This document shows positions 44,596 to 52,917 of a stretch of 64,000 nucleotides of DNA, piece by piece (position 1 is the stretch's first letter; every line of letters starts with the position of its first letter). The DNA comes from a virus, in the IMG/VR virus record IMGVR_UViG_3300045988_077137. One strand, given 5' to 3'. The position numbers and the translations under genes are program-made. Below the pieces are notes generated by a model, which was not told the DNA's origin, did no database searches, and saw nothing but the letters and a program-made list of their open reading frames with translations.

Positions 44596-46695
44596 TTATA
44601 CTGCGTCAATTTTTATCATTACTGTACTCTCTCGCAACTTGTTAATCGCCATGAAAGAGGAGGACACGGTATCATCGTGCCCACTGATACTCTCAAGAGT
44701 TCCCTTATCGCTGCGAAACGCAACTGAGTTGAACTCCCCAAACATCTGGTCAATCTTAGCAGCCGTGTCAGGATGATACGGACACTTGATTACACCTCTC
44801 TCAAATAACGCTGCAAGTGATGCCCACCCTGTTCTCAGGTCTTTCTTATTCCCGGAGGTCGTCGTGAACGGTGTAATATTCTTGATACCCATCTGGACGC
44901 ACATATCCGCCAATATACTTTGAAAGCCGTTGTTTTCTACAACTATCTCGTTTGGCTTAAACACCCTGTTCAGGAGGTCAATCTTCTGTATCTGTTCATT
45001 ATGCGACAATCCCTTTTCCCGGAATATATAGAGGAGATAATAATTCCCCTGGACATCCTTCCCCCAAACTGTATAACAAGTATAGTCGGCTCCCACATTT
45101 CCCGAAACAGCAAAGTCACAACCCATGACCACCCTCTGTAACTTGATAGGGAACGACTCTATGTTATCTACGAGCCTGATGTTTTCCATCCCGATTGTAC
45201 TCCTCTTTAATATCTCCCAAGGGAAGATTGTACTATCGTCGGAAATAGGTACGACCAAATACTCACGAGAGAATACGAGCGTCCCCAGAGACGCTTTTTC
45301 CTCCATAAGTTTTGCCCACGTAAAACGGTCAGGAGCCAACAGGCGACCGTCCGGGAATATGGCTGGGTACTCAAAGACACGGAACTTTGGGTCTTTCTTT
45401 AATTCGGCATACAAGTCCTCTTGCTGATACGGTGTACCATCAACGATGTTATACCCATACGGCTCAACGATAGGAGTGATAGCACCTTTAAACAGGTCTC
45501 TCAACTTCTCACGCTGTTCAAGCGAATAGATACTACTCTCGTCTGGTAAGTCATCGCTGACCGCTGCCCCCACGTGAAGACCACGAATAAACCCGTCCTT
45601 TCCACGGAGGTGAAGTTTCGTTCCGTTCTCGCATTCAATACTTGTCGCTGCCAGTGAAGCCTTTCCAGTAGGGTTCAGTTTCGCTGCCAAAGCCTCATTC
45701 ACACGGATTTCCTCAACCACCTTGTCGATGTGCTGTTTACCCAATTTTTCCGTGTTCGTAATAATACAGGTTTCCTGGCGATTTTTATTGTCAGGAATAT
45801 CAGGTCGCATAAACGTCGGACGTCGGTAACTGTATAATCTCCACAGCGGAAACGCCATACAGAACTCGTAGGAATTGTGAACGACTGTACCATCCTCCAA
45901 CTGAAACAGATGGTCGCCATCGCACATAAACCCGTAATAAGACTCTTCCCCGATAGGTTCAACCGTTATATTCCCACGCTCAAATACAGGCTTGTCGTAA
46001 GAGAACACCCTGTATCCTTGGAACCGTCTTTGCTTCTTAACGGGATATTTCAGGAATTGTCCCATTTCTATTTCGACATACTTCTTCCGCTTCGTGTCAA
46101 AGAGGCACATCGTGTGCGCTCGGTTCACGGCATACGGCATACCATTCTCCTGCTCAACCCTGAACATCTGAGCACGACCGATATGTCGTGTCAGAACCTT
46201 TCGGGGAGTGAAGTCTAATCCCATTACTTCCATTCCGGGATAAATATCCTCTATATTCTTCACGGAAAAGTCAGCCATCAGCACCCGTGTGCCTCTCGCA
46301 AAGCATTTACCGTGAGAACGAGCAGCAAGATATGCGCTGTTCGGATAAAGTTGCACCATGTTTCCCCATTCAAGATTTCTCCAACCCTGACGGAAATTAG
46401 GAAGCATAGTTGTCTTGAAATAGTTGTACGACTGAACTTTCAGCGTCTCATCCATTGACTCTTCCAATTGGTCAATGTAGTTGAGCCGTTCAGTTTCAAG
46501 CGTGGTATTTAGGGAAAGAACATTATTCGTCTGAATGAAGATTTCCGATAACAGTGCATCGACGTCACCACCATAGCCACCAACCAATTGATTGATAGCC
46601 ACAGGTGGTAACGACTCAAGCACGTTGAACGCAGTAGAGAACACCGTGTCCAACTGTTTGTACGACAACTTTAAATCTTCATTAAAATGTATCAT
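44596..46695 (-). CDS. terL: terminase large subunit interrupted by a mini-intein
   Basis: The Walker A sequence ARSHGK|...|S is restored after intein removal. The nuclease half carries CDFAVSG...DYTC and DD motifs. 699 aa with the intein, about 555 aa without it. Confidence 0.82.
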   Translation of the reverse strand: MIHFNEDLKLSYKQLDTVFSTAFNVLESLPPVAINQLVGGYGGDVDALLSEIFIQTNNVLSLNTTLETERLNYIDQLEESMDETLKVQSYNYFKTTMLPNFRQGWRNLEWGNMVQLYPNSAYLAARSHGKCFARGTRVLMADFSVKNIEDIYPGMEVMGLDFTPRKVLTRHIGRAQMFRVEQENGMPYAVNRAHTMCLFDTKRKKYVEIEMGQFLKYPVKKQRRFQGYRVFSYDKPVFERGNITVEPIGEESYYGFMCDGDHLFQLEDGTVVHNSYEFCMAFPLWRLYSYRRPTFMRPDIPDNKNRQETCIITNTEKLGKQHIDKVVEEIRVNEALAAKLNPTGKASLAATSIECENGTKLHLRGKDGFIRGLHVGAAVSDDLPDESSIYSLEQREKLRDLFKGAITPIVEPYGYNIVDGTPYQQEDLYAELKKDPKFRVFEYPAIFPDGRLLAPDRFTWAKLMEEKASLGTLVFSREYLVVPISDDSTIFPWEILKRSTIGMENIRLVDNIESFPIKLQRVVMGCDFAVSGNVGADYTCYTVWGKDVQGNYYLLYIFREKGLSHNEQIQKIDLLNRVFKPNEIVVENNGFQSILADMCVQMGIKNITPFTTTSGNKKDLRTGWASLAALFERGVIKCPYHPDTAAKIDQMFGEFNSVAFRSDKGTLESISGHDDTVSSSFMAINKLRESTVMIKIDAV
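45874..46305 (-). mobile_element. 144-aa mini-intein (Hint domain, no endonuclease domain) in the terminase P-loop
   Basis: It starts CFARGTRVLMADFSVKNIEDI (block A) and ends DGTVVHN, followed by the +1 Ser. It is inserted between the GK and S of the Walker A motif. Confidence 0.8.
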
Positions 46696-47375
46696 ACCAA
46701 TTGGAACCTTTCTCTAAATCTTGACTCTTTTCTTGTAGATGAAACTGCTGCCACAGGTGAAGAACCCCCTGTGCCTCTCATGTGCTCAATGTACTTCAAC
46801 ATGAGTTGAGCGTTTGCTCGGGTATCTACCAGCGCACGGTGGGCATCTACCAACTCAACACCCTCCAGTCGGCAGCACGTACCGAGTTTATAATTTTCTT
46901 GCTCTACTGCCCGATACCACCCCAATTTCATTGTATCTTCAACAAATTTAACATATTCCCATAAATTATCTTGCTGAAACTCAAAGAGTCCTTCGAAAAA
47001 CGGAATATCGAATAATTGAAAATTGTGTCCACACAAAATTGTGCCCACACGGGGATTCTTATACTTCGTCAAAAATGATTTCACGGACTGATAAACATTT
47101 TTGACACTTTCCCCATTTTCAGTAAGATGCTTCAATGATAAACCATGAACTCTTTCGGCTTCTGGGCTGTATTCTAACCCATCTTTATAAGGTGAAATTA
47201 TTTCGCTATATTCATCAACTATTTTCAAGTTGACTAAATCAATAGCAACCAGCGCAACCTCACACAATGGAACATCGAAAAAAGCCTTCTTTTCTGGCTT
47301 CCCTTTAGAAGCCTTACAAGGCAACCCTCCTGTTTCGGTATCCGCAACTACCATAAAATTTGCAGTCGTTTTCAT
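46692..47375 (-). CDS. DnaQ-like DEDDh 3'-5' exonuclease
   Basis: ExoI VVADTETGG, ExoII GHNFQLFDIPF and ExoIII HRALVDT. Confidence 0.8.
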   Translation of the reverse strand: MKTTANFMVVADTETGGLPCKASKGKPEKKAFFDVPLCEVALVAIDLVNLKIVDEYSEIISPYKDGLEYSPEAERVHGLSLKHLTENGESVKNVYQSVKSFLTKYKNPRVGTILCGHNFQLFDIPFFEGLFEFQQDNLWEYVKFVEDTMKLGWYRAVEQENYKLGTCCRLEGVELVDAHRALVDTRANAQLMLKYIEHMRGTGGSSPVAAVSSTRKESRFRERFQLV

Positions 47376-47383
47376 ATCAAAAT

Positions 47384-48088
47384 CTATTTTAATTTGTAAC
47401 TAAATTCAAATCCATCAACACTTATAATCTTCCCCAAACAACAGCGATTTATTCTGCCAATTCCAATAGAAGTTTCTAAAGCAGCCTGAGTTAAACTATC
47501 AAAAGTTTTCAGCAACTTTCCATCTAAATATTGGTAAACTGCTTTCCTTCCAACTCCAGTCCTACCTTTGAGAGAATCAGAAATATGTTTCCTCTGTTCA
47601 AGAGTTCTCTTCTTTCCCCGAAGTTTTTCTGCTCTATTTTCTATTTCTATTGTGGACTGTTTTCTTCCTCTTAATGGGGAAATACGCTTTTCTATTTCTT
47701 CCTCAGATTGTTTCTTGCCTCTATTTCCTGAGCCCATTTTATACAGAATTTCTTCAGTAAACTCATACCCACTTCGACCACCCGAAGTTGAATTATAACC
47801 ATTCTTATAGGAATCGTAAAAAGAAATCCAATATTTTTCTCTTTCATCCAACCATTTCACGCATTCAACTAAATTTTGAAATGGTTTCTTTTCAAGGCAT
47901 TCAACAGAAAAAGAATCTTTACCGTATTTTCGAATTGCTCGATAAAACTTACAGTCCTTTATTCGTTTCTTTGTTTTAAATGCCGTCCGGATATGCCGAT
48001 TAAATCTTCGATGATATTCATGAGTAACCTGACCAATATAAACTTTATTAGTCTCAGAGCAAGTCACCATATAAATATATCCAGTCAT
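47384..48088 (-). CDS. GIY-YIG homing endonuclease
   Basis: GYIYMVTCSETNKVYIGQV...R...H, NUMOD3-like repeats and a C-terminal IENR-like HTH segment. Confidence 0.85.
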   Translation of the reverse strand: MTGYIYMVTCSETNKVYIGQVTHEYHRRFNRHIRTAFKTKKRIKDCKFYRAIRKYGKDSFSVECLEKKPFQNLVECVKWLDEREKYWISFYDSYKNGYNSTSGGRSGYEFTEEILYKMGSGNRGKKQSEEEIEKRISPLRGRKQSTIEIENRAEKLRGKKRTLEQRKHISDSLKGRTGVGRKAVYQYLDGKLLKTFDSLTQAALETSIGIGRINRCCLGKIISVDGFEFSYKLK

Positions 48089-48101
48089 AATCGTCTTTAT
48101 T

Positions 48102-48491
48102 TTAAGAAATCATAAATTTCAAATCCTCTAAATCCTTATCGCGAGTTTCGATGTCATCATACACCAACGTCAGGTTGACGACAGGGTTCTTCTCACCCTT
48201 TAACCCCAACGGGAAATCGTTCAATACGATTGTAGGTTCACCCTCAACTGTCATATCGCCTCGGCATTGAATGACGTAGAACTTGATAAGAACTTGGTTG
48301 GTTCTATCGTGAAACTGAAAGACTTTCGAGTTGAACTTCTTTTCAAGTTTCTCAATGAACCTCGTGAAAGCCTCAAGAAACTTTTCCTCGGTCTCTGAAT
48401 TCTCTTCTGATACTGTTAGGAGGTCAGCCAACCGCTTCGCACCAAACAGCAAGCAAAGCCTCACGAGGATACCTGTTATTCTTTCATCCAT
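48102..48491 (-). CDS. hypothetical protein
   Basis: 129-aa ORF. Confidence 0.45.
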   Translation of the reverse strand: MDERITGILVRLCLLFGAKRLADLLTVSEENSETEEKFLEAFTRFIEKLEKKFNSKVFQFHDRTNQVLIKFYVIQCRGDMTVEGEPTIVLNDFPLGLKGEKNPVVNLTLVYDDIETRDKDLEDLKFMIS

Positions 48492-48514
48492 TTCGGTTAC
48501 AAATTTAATAATTA

Positions 48515-48925
48515 TTACTCGTCTTTACAAACTGAACTTCTCGCCCCAAATTCGTACTTCGTGTGGCAATCTTCGCAAGTCAGTTCGATGTTACTTTTCA
48601 CCAGCCTTAACTCGGGATAAGCACCCTTCGATTTGATGTGGCTAAAATAAATCGGTTTAAGCGGTTCTAAGAGACGCTTCCCACAATGCGTACACACGTG
48701 AGCACGCTCCGCCCATATTTCCTTAAAGAGAGCCAATTCACCCGTTGCTGGTCGGAGTTTAGGTTTCTTTGTTTTACTCCTTTCAGCACGTACCTCAAAT
48801 CGGGACTTCCCGTTGTGAAGCCTTTTATAATTACAGTCATCGCACAGACACTTTGTTCGGTTCGTAATGTACCGATGTTTCCCGCACCCGTTGCATATCT
48901 GATATTTTTCAGTCGTCTTCGCCAT
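48515..48925 (-). CDS. HNH (His-Me finger) endonuclease with CxxC zinc motifs
   Basis: CNGCGK...CDDC, CTHCGK, and FSHIKSKG...NIELTCEDCH (H-N-H pattern). Confidence 0.6.
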   Translation of the reverse strand: MAKTTEKYQICNGCGKHRYITNRTKCLCDDCNYKRLHNGKSRFEVRAERSKTKKPKLRPATGELALFKEIWAERAHVCTHCGKRLLEPLKPIYFSHIKSKGAYPELRLVKSNIELTCEDCHTKYEFGARSSVCKDE

Positions 48926-49619
48926 AGTCTGTCATACGTGATACTTCCCTTATTGTAACGTGAGAACCCTGTAATTGCTGTGTCTCCGTAGCACTCTTCT
49001 TTTCAGCACTTTCCGAGATTTGTTCATACAGGCTTTTCCCGCTGGCGTCCTTTGTTCCAAACAACATCTTACAGTCCTTTTCGAACGGACAAGTATAACA
49101 GATTTCATCCTTCGGATTGTAGGGACTACTCCCGAACTTCGCTTCACAGAAATTCGGACCCGATATTCTTGACATTCTCAACCGTTCCCTGCGAAACACG
49201 TCATCCGATACCGCTTCATAAGTGTTTGTCTTGACAGGGTTCACCAACTTCTTCTCACGTGCCCAATCCCTTGCATGCCACTTTGCTTCATCAGAATATT
49301 CATTCCAACGTCTCCATGCTTCTTTCCCCATGAACCAACTCGGCATCGGTTTGCGTTCATGGTCTTGACCCACAAAGACATAGAATTGAAATAGGAGGAA
49401 GTTCCAAATGAAGTCCGCTCCCGCAGTCGGGGGAAGCGTTTCCATGAAAGAAACAACCGCAGAACGATGTAAAGGTTTATTCATCTTGAGCGTTCTGGGC
49501 TGTTCCTTCATTCTCATTTGCAGATACTCGTATATCCGCAAAATTATCTTCAAAGTTTCATTATAAGAATATAGCATAATCATCTTTAATTTTGTTCCTT
49601 CCAAGTAAATCCCTTGCAA
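48909..49619 (-). CDS. hypothetical protein (start uncertain)
   Basis: 236-aa ORF whose first 11 codons overlap the upstream homing endonuclease gene. Internal Met candidates exist. Confidence 0.4.
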   Translation of the reverse strand: MQGIYLEGTKLKMIMLYSYNETLKIILRIYEYLQMRMKEQPRTLKMNKPLHRSAVVSFMETLPPTAGADFIWNFLLFQFYVFVGQDHERKPMPSWFMGKEAWRRWNEYSDEAKWHARDWAREKKLVNPVKTNTYEAVSDDVFRRERLRMSRISGPNFCEAKFGSSPYNPKDEICYTCPFEKDCKMLFGTKDASGKSLYEQISESAEKKSATETQQLQGSHVTIREVSRMTDYGEDD

Positions 49620-50326
49620 GTTTTTATAATTCCATTAACACAATTCCTTATCGCTCCTCGAGAAACGCCAATATAATCGGCTGCCTCTGTCAATGAACTA
49701 AATTCTTTGATTTTTCTTCCATTCAAATCACACATAAATAACGTCCTCTTAATTAGGTGGGAATCGCTCATTTTCTTACGAACTTCAACATTCCATTTCC
49801 TACCCCAATTTGGATGGTTTTCTTTTCTAAAATCAGCATGATTTTCAGAAAGTTTTCTTCGATGTTTTTCTGACAGTTTCTTTCCTTTGTGTTTGGAACT
49901 AATCTTCTTTTTCGTTTCAGAATTCAAATGTTTTCCAAAACAATAATGATTCGCACCTGAATTTTTCTCAGATATTTTTCTTTTGGTTTCATTTGAAAGT
50001 TGTACCCCCAAAGAACCCTCACCGCCATCAGTTTCGTTGTACCCATTGTGTCGGGTGTCAAACTTCTGAATGAAGTGTATTTCAAGGAAGTCAAGTTTGG
50101 CTTTAAGAGCCTGTTTCGTAGGAGCCTCGACCCACATGACCTCTTCGATACGGAAATTGTCAGAGCCGTACTTTCGTATGGCACGGTGGAACTTACATTG
50201 CGGATTTCTAAGTGCTTTTGAAATATGCTTTCCAAATCGTCTTTCAATCGACATCACCGTCTGCCCAAAGTACAGTTTCCCAGTGGGCAGACAGGTGACG
50301 CAATATATGTGACCAATTATTCCCAT
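49586..50326 (-). CDS. GIY-YIG homing endonuclease
   Basis: GHIYCVTCLPTGKLYFGQT...R...H with NUMOD3-like repeats. Confidence 0.85.
   Translation of the reverse strand: MGIIGHIYCVTCLPTGKLYFGQTVMSIERRFGKHISKALRNPQCKFHRAIRKYGSDNFRIEEVMWVEAPTKQALKAKLDFLEIHFIQKFDTRHNGYNETDGGEGSLGVQLSNETKRKISEKNSGANHYCFGKHLNSETKKKISSKHKGKKLSEKHRRKLSENHADFRKENHPNWGRKWNVEVRKKMSDSHLIKRTLFMCDLNGRKIKEFSSLTEAADYIGVSRGAIRNCVNGIIKTCKGFTWKEQN
50245..50310. repeat. homing endonuclease 5'-end block shared with 51445..51508 and 38569..38620
   Basis: 53 nt (50245..50297) are identical to 51445..51497, and 52 nt (50259..50310) are identical to 38569..38620. Confidence 0.95.
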
Positions 50327-50886
50327 AAAATTTCCACATCTATTTTTTCTTCTTGTGGATATTTAACGGGAACATATCTCCTTCCGGTTGGGTCATCAAT
50401 ATCAGGTTTGCATACATCATCGTACTGTTGCTTGGCAATCTCGGTATCAACGTGACGGCAAAGCCACAACCCTATTTCCGCACCAGCCTCTAAATCACCT
50501 ACTTCCAAAACAGCGTCTTCGGTCATGTCAATGAACTGTGCCCTGAACGGCTTATTCGTAGGAGCCATGACATTCTCCATAGACTTCTGATTGTATTTGT
50601 TCACTACATTCATCGCACCGACAGCCATCTTGTAGGAACAAATCGCTCCTTCTTGACGGCTTATCTTCACTGTGATATTCGTACACGGTGTATCGAACTC
50701 ATTCTTGAGAACAATGGCACGATATTCATCCCTTCCGGACTTCATCGTCATCAATGATATTTCATCAAAGATGTTGCTGAAGTCGTCATTCGCAACAGGG
50801 GTGGAGGATTTGAATCCTCCAAGTGAACGTTCGGGATTGGGTTGTTCACTATTGTATCCTGTGGTTGTAGTGTAGTAAAGAATCAT
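50317..50886 (-). CDS. hypothetical protein, possibly structural
   Basis: 189-aa ORF between two homing endonuclease genes at the end of the tail fibre module. Confidence 0.45.
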   Translation of the reverse strand: MILYYTTTTGYNSEQPNPERSLGGFKSSTPVANDDFSNIFDEISLMTMKSGRDEYRAIVLKNEFDTPCTNITVKISRQEGAICSYKMAVGAMNVVNKYNQKSMENVMAPTNKPFRAQFIDMTEDAVLEVGDLEAGAEIGLWLCRHVDTEIAKQQYDDVCKPDIDDPTGRRYVPVKYPQEEKIDVEILWE

Positions 50887-50890
50887 AACT

Positions 50891-51523
50891 TTATAATTTT
50901 AATTTTCTAATTTTCCAAGCCTCCCTCATCTTCCTTTTAGATTCTTCAGAATGTTTTCTCGAAGCAAATGGATTGTTTGAGCCTTTTAAGTTCGGTTTCA
51001 TCTTCCTTCCTGTTTCGTAGGCTTCCCTCACTCCTTGAGAAATTTTTCTGCGATGTTCCTGAGACAGTGGCTTCCCTTTGTACGGAGTAGGATGGTTCTT
51101 ACAAGATTCCCCAATCTTTCTTTTCCATTCATCAGAAAGATTTCCACGCTTTTTACCTTTCTTTGCTCGTGAAATATTCAAACGATGGGTGGATGAAAGA
51201 CTCCCTGAAGAAAACCCTTCACCTCCATCAGTCATATTAAATCCATCGTATCGAGTATTGAATCTTTTTATAAAGAATCTTTCAAGAAAATCTAATTTTG
51301 AATTCAGAACCTGTCTATCGTCAGCCTCGACCCACATGACCTCTTCGACTGTGAAGTTTTCAACTCCGTATTTTCGAATTGCTCTATGTAGTTTATATTG
51401 ACATCCCGATTGAGCATATTTTATATGATGTTTCCACCTCTTCTCAATCGACATCACCGTCTGCCCAAAGTACAGTTTCCCAGTGGGCAGACAGGTTATG
51501 CAATATATTCTACCATTAAACAT
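50891..51523 (-). CDS. GIY-YIG homing endonuclease
   Basis: GRIYCITCLPTGKLYFGQT...R...H with NUMOD3-like repeats. Confidence 0.85.
   Translation of the reverse strand: MFNGRIYCITCLPTGKLYFGQTVMSIEKRWKHHIKYAQSGCQYKLHRAIRKYGVENFTVEEVMWVEADDRQVLNSKLDFLERFFIKRFNTRYDGFNMTDGGEGFSSGSLSSTHRLNISRAKKGKKRGNLSDEWKRKIGESCKNHPTPYKGKPLSQEHRRKISQGVREAYETGRKMKPNLKGSNNPFASRKHSEESKRKMREAWKIRKLKL
51445..51508. repeat. homing endonuclease 5'-end block shared with 50245..50310
   Basis: Compared base by base. It diverges after acaggt. Confidence 0.95.
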
Positions 51524-52901
51524 TATCTGAAACTTTACACATCATCCCCTCGTATTCACCAGTTCCGGCTTGAGTCGGCACGGTAAACAGTTCGTATCCT
51601 CCATCAGCAGTCTTAGTTTCGAAGTCCCAGAAGTCTTCCTCGGTATCCTCAACGAATGTTGCTGTGTACACCGTATCAGCCTGAGCAGCGATATCCTGAA
51701 TGGCTGTCTGATTGTGAGCATTACCATTACGCAACCATCCGGCAAACTTGTAACCAGCAGCAGCCTGAGCGCATATCTGTACAGTCGTACCCATAGGAAC
51801 GGAAATTGACTCTTCTGCCTTGTCGATTGTTGCTGAATTGTTGATTGAAACGGCTCCTTGAGTCGTACCACCGCTGGCTGTCTTGACGGTTATCTTGACA
51901 TCCTGTACAGGGTCGGGGTCGACTTCCAACACGATGTTTAATGTCTCGTTCTTTCCCGATACGGTATAGTTGCCCGTTTGGGTTAGGTATCCTGGTTTTG
52001 ATACCGACCAAATCAATGTACGACCATCTATCGCCTCCACGCTGTTTGTGATAACACCATCGATGATTACCTGTGCGTCGGCTGGCGTCGGATTGATTGT
52101 GATTGTATAAGTCTGACCCGAACCTCCTGAACCGCCCAGCGTCCAATACTGTGTACGCTCGTCAAGAATTGTAACCGAACCACCATTGTTACGGACACGA
52201 GCAATATAATACTCGTTTGCATTCTTCGGAGGCATTGTGCCTGCCTGTGGCTCCTCTACAAAGGTTAATTTATACGTGTCAAAGGTATATAATCCTTCCA
52301 ACTGTTCATCAGTGAACCTACGACCCATAGGAACGCTTCCCAGAACGATTACCCGTAACTGGGTCTCAGCCTGAAACGCAACACCGCTTGAAAGAACGAT
52401 GTTATTATTATTGATGATATCAACAATTTGATACACCTGATTGTTCAATGGTTGCGAACCGTCTTCCTTTACGAAACGAATACAGGTAGGAACGCCAGAA
52501 CTCTGACCTCGTACGATTCCATTGAAATTGACAGTTCCTGACACGTTTCCTGACGTATCAACCTGAACAGTTCCATTCTCGTAATTGTGTGAGTCGGGAC
52601 CGACTTTCAGCCAATAATACTTCTGGTCGTTAGGAACAGGGAGGTCGAGTTGATTGTCGACCCTGTACCCTTTCAGGTCAGAGCCAATCACATATCCTCC
52701 CACCATGTTAATCGCTCCCAGAGTTGTGGAAGCCGTCACTTTGAACGCTGAACCAGCCTTTCCTCCAGGAGATACCAACCCGAAGGAAAGAGAGGCAGCG
52801 AAGATTGCGGAAACTTCAGGCTTCTCGTTCAAGAAGCCTATCATCCGTGTGAGTTCTTCTTTCTCTAAGAACGTACCTCTGTGAATGTTTATCTTACTCA
52901 T
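51516..52901 (-). CDS. tail fibre or receptor-binding protein candidate
   Basis: 461 aa and beta-rich. The C-terminus has Ig-like modules and a Listeria/Bacteroides-repeat-like signature (AAAGYKFAGW). Confidence 0.55.
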   Translation of the reverse strand: MSKINIHRGTFLEKEELTRMIGFLNEKPEVSAIFAASLSFGLVSPGGKAGSAFKVTASTTLGAINMVGGYVIGSDLKGYRVDNQLDLPVPNDQKYYWLKVGPDSHNYENGTVQVDTSGNVSGTVNFNGIVRGQSSGVPTCIRFVKEDGSQPLNNQVYQIVDIINNNNIVLSSGVAFQAETQLRVIVLGSVPMGRRFTDEQLEGLYTFDTYKLTFVEEPQAGTMPPKNANEYYIARVRNNGGSVTILDERTQYWTLGGSGGSGQTYTITINPTPADAQVIIDGVITNSVEAIDGRTLIWSVSKPGYLTQTGNYTVSGKNETLNIVLEVDPDPVQDVKITVKTASGGTTQGAVSINNSATIDKAEESISVPMGTTVQICAQAAAGYKFAGWLRNGNAHNQTAIQDIAAQADTVYTATFVEDTEEDFWDFETKTADGGYELFTVPTQAGTGEYEGMMCKVSDNV

Positions 52902-52917
52902 ATTTTCAAATATTTAT

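Noticed and set aside
8475-51523. Homing endonuclease genes residing in group I introns
   Set aside because: All neighbouring genes (RNR, SNF2, ligase, primase, exonuclease, fibre genes) read as uninterrupted ORFs. The endonuclease ORFs abut or overlap them by a few nt, leaving no room for intron cores. They appear to be free-standing.
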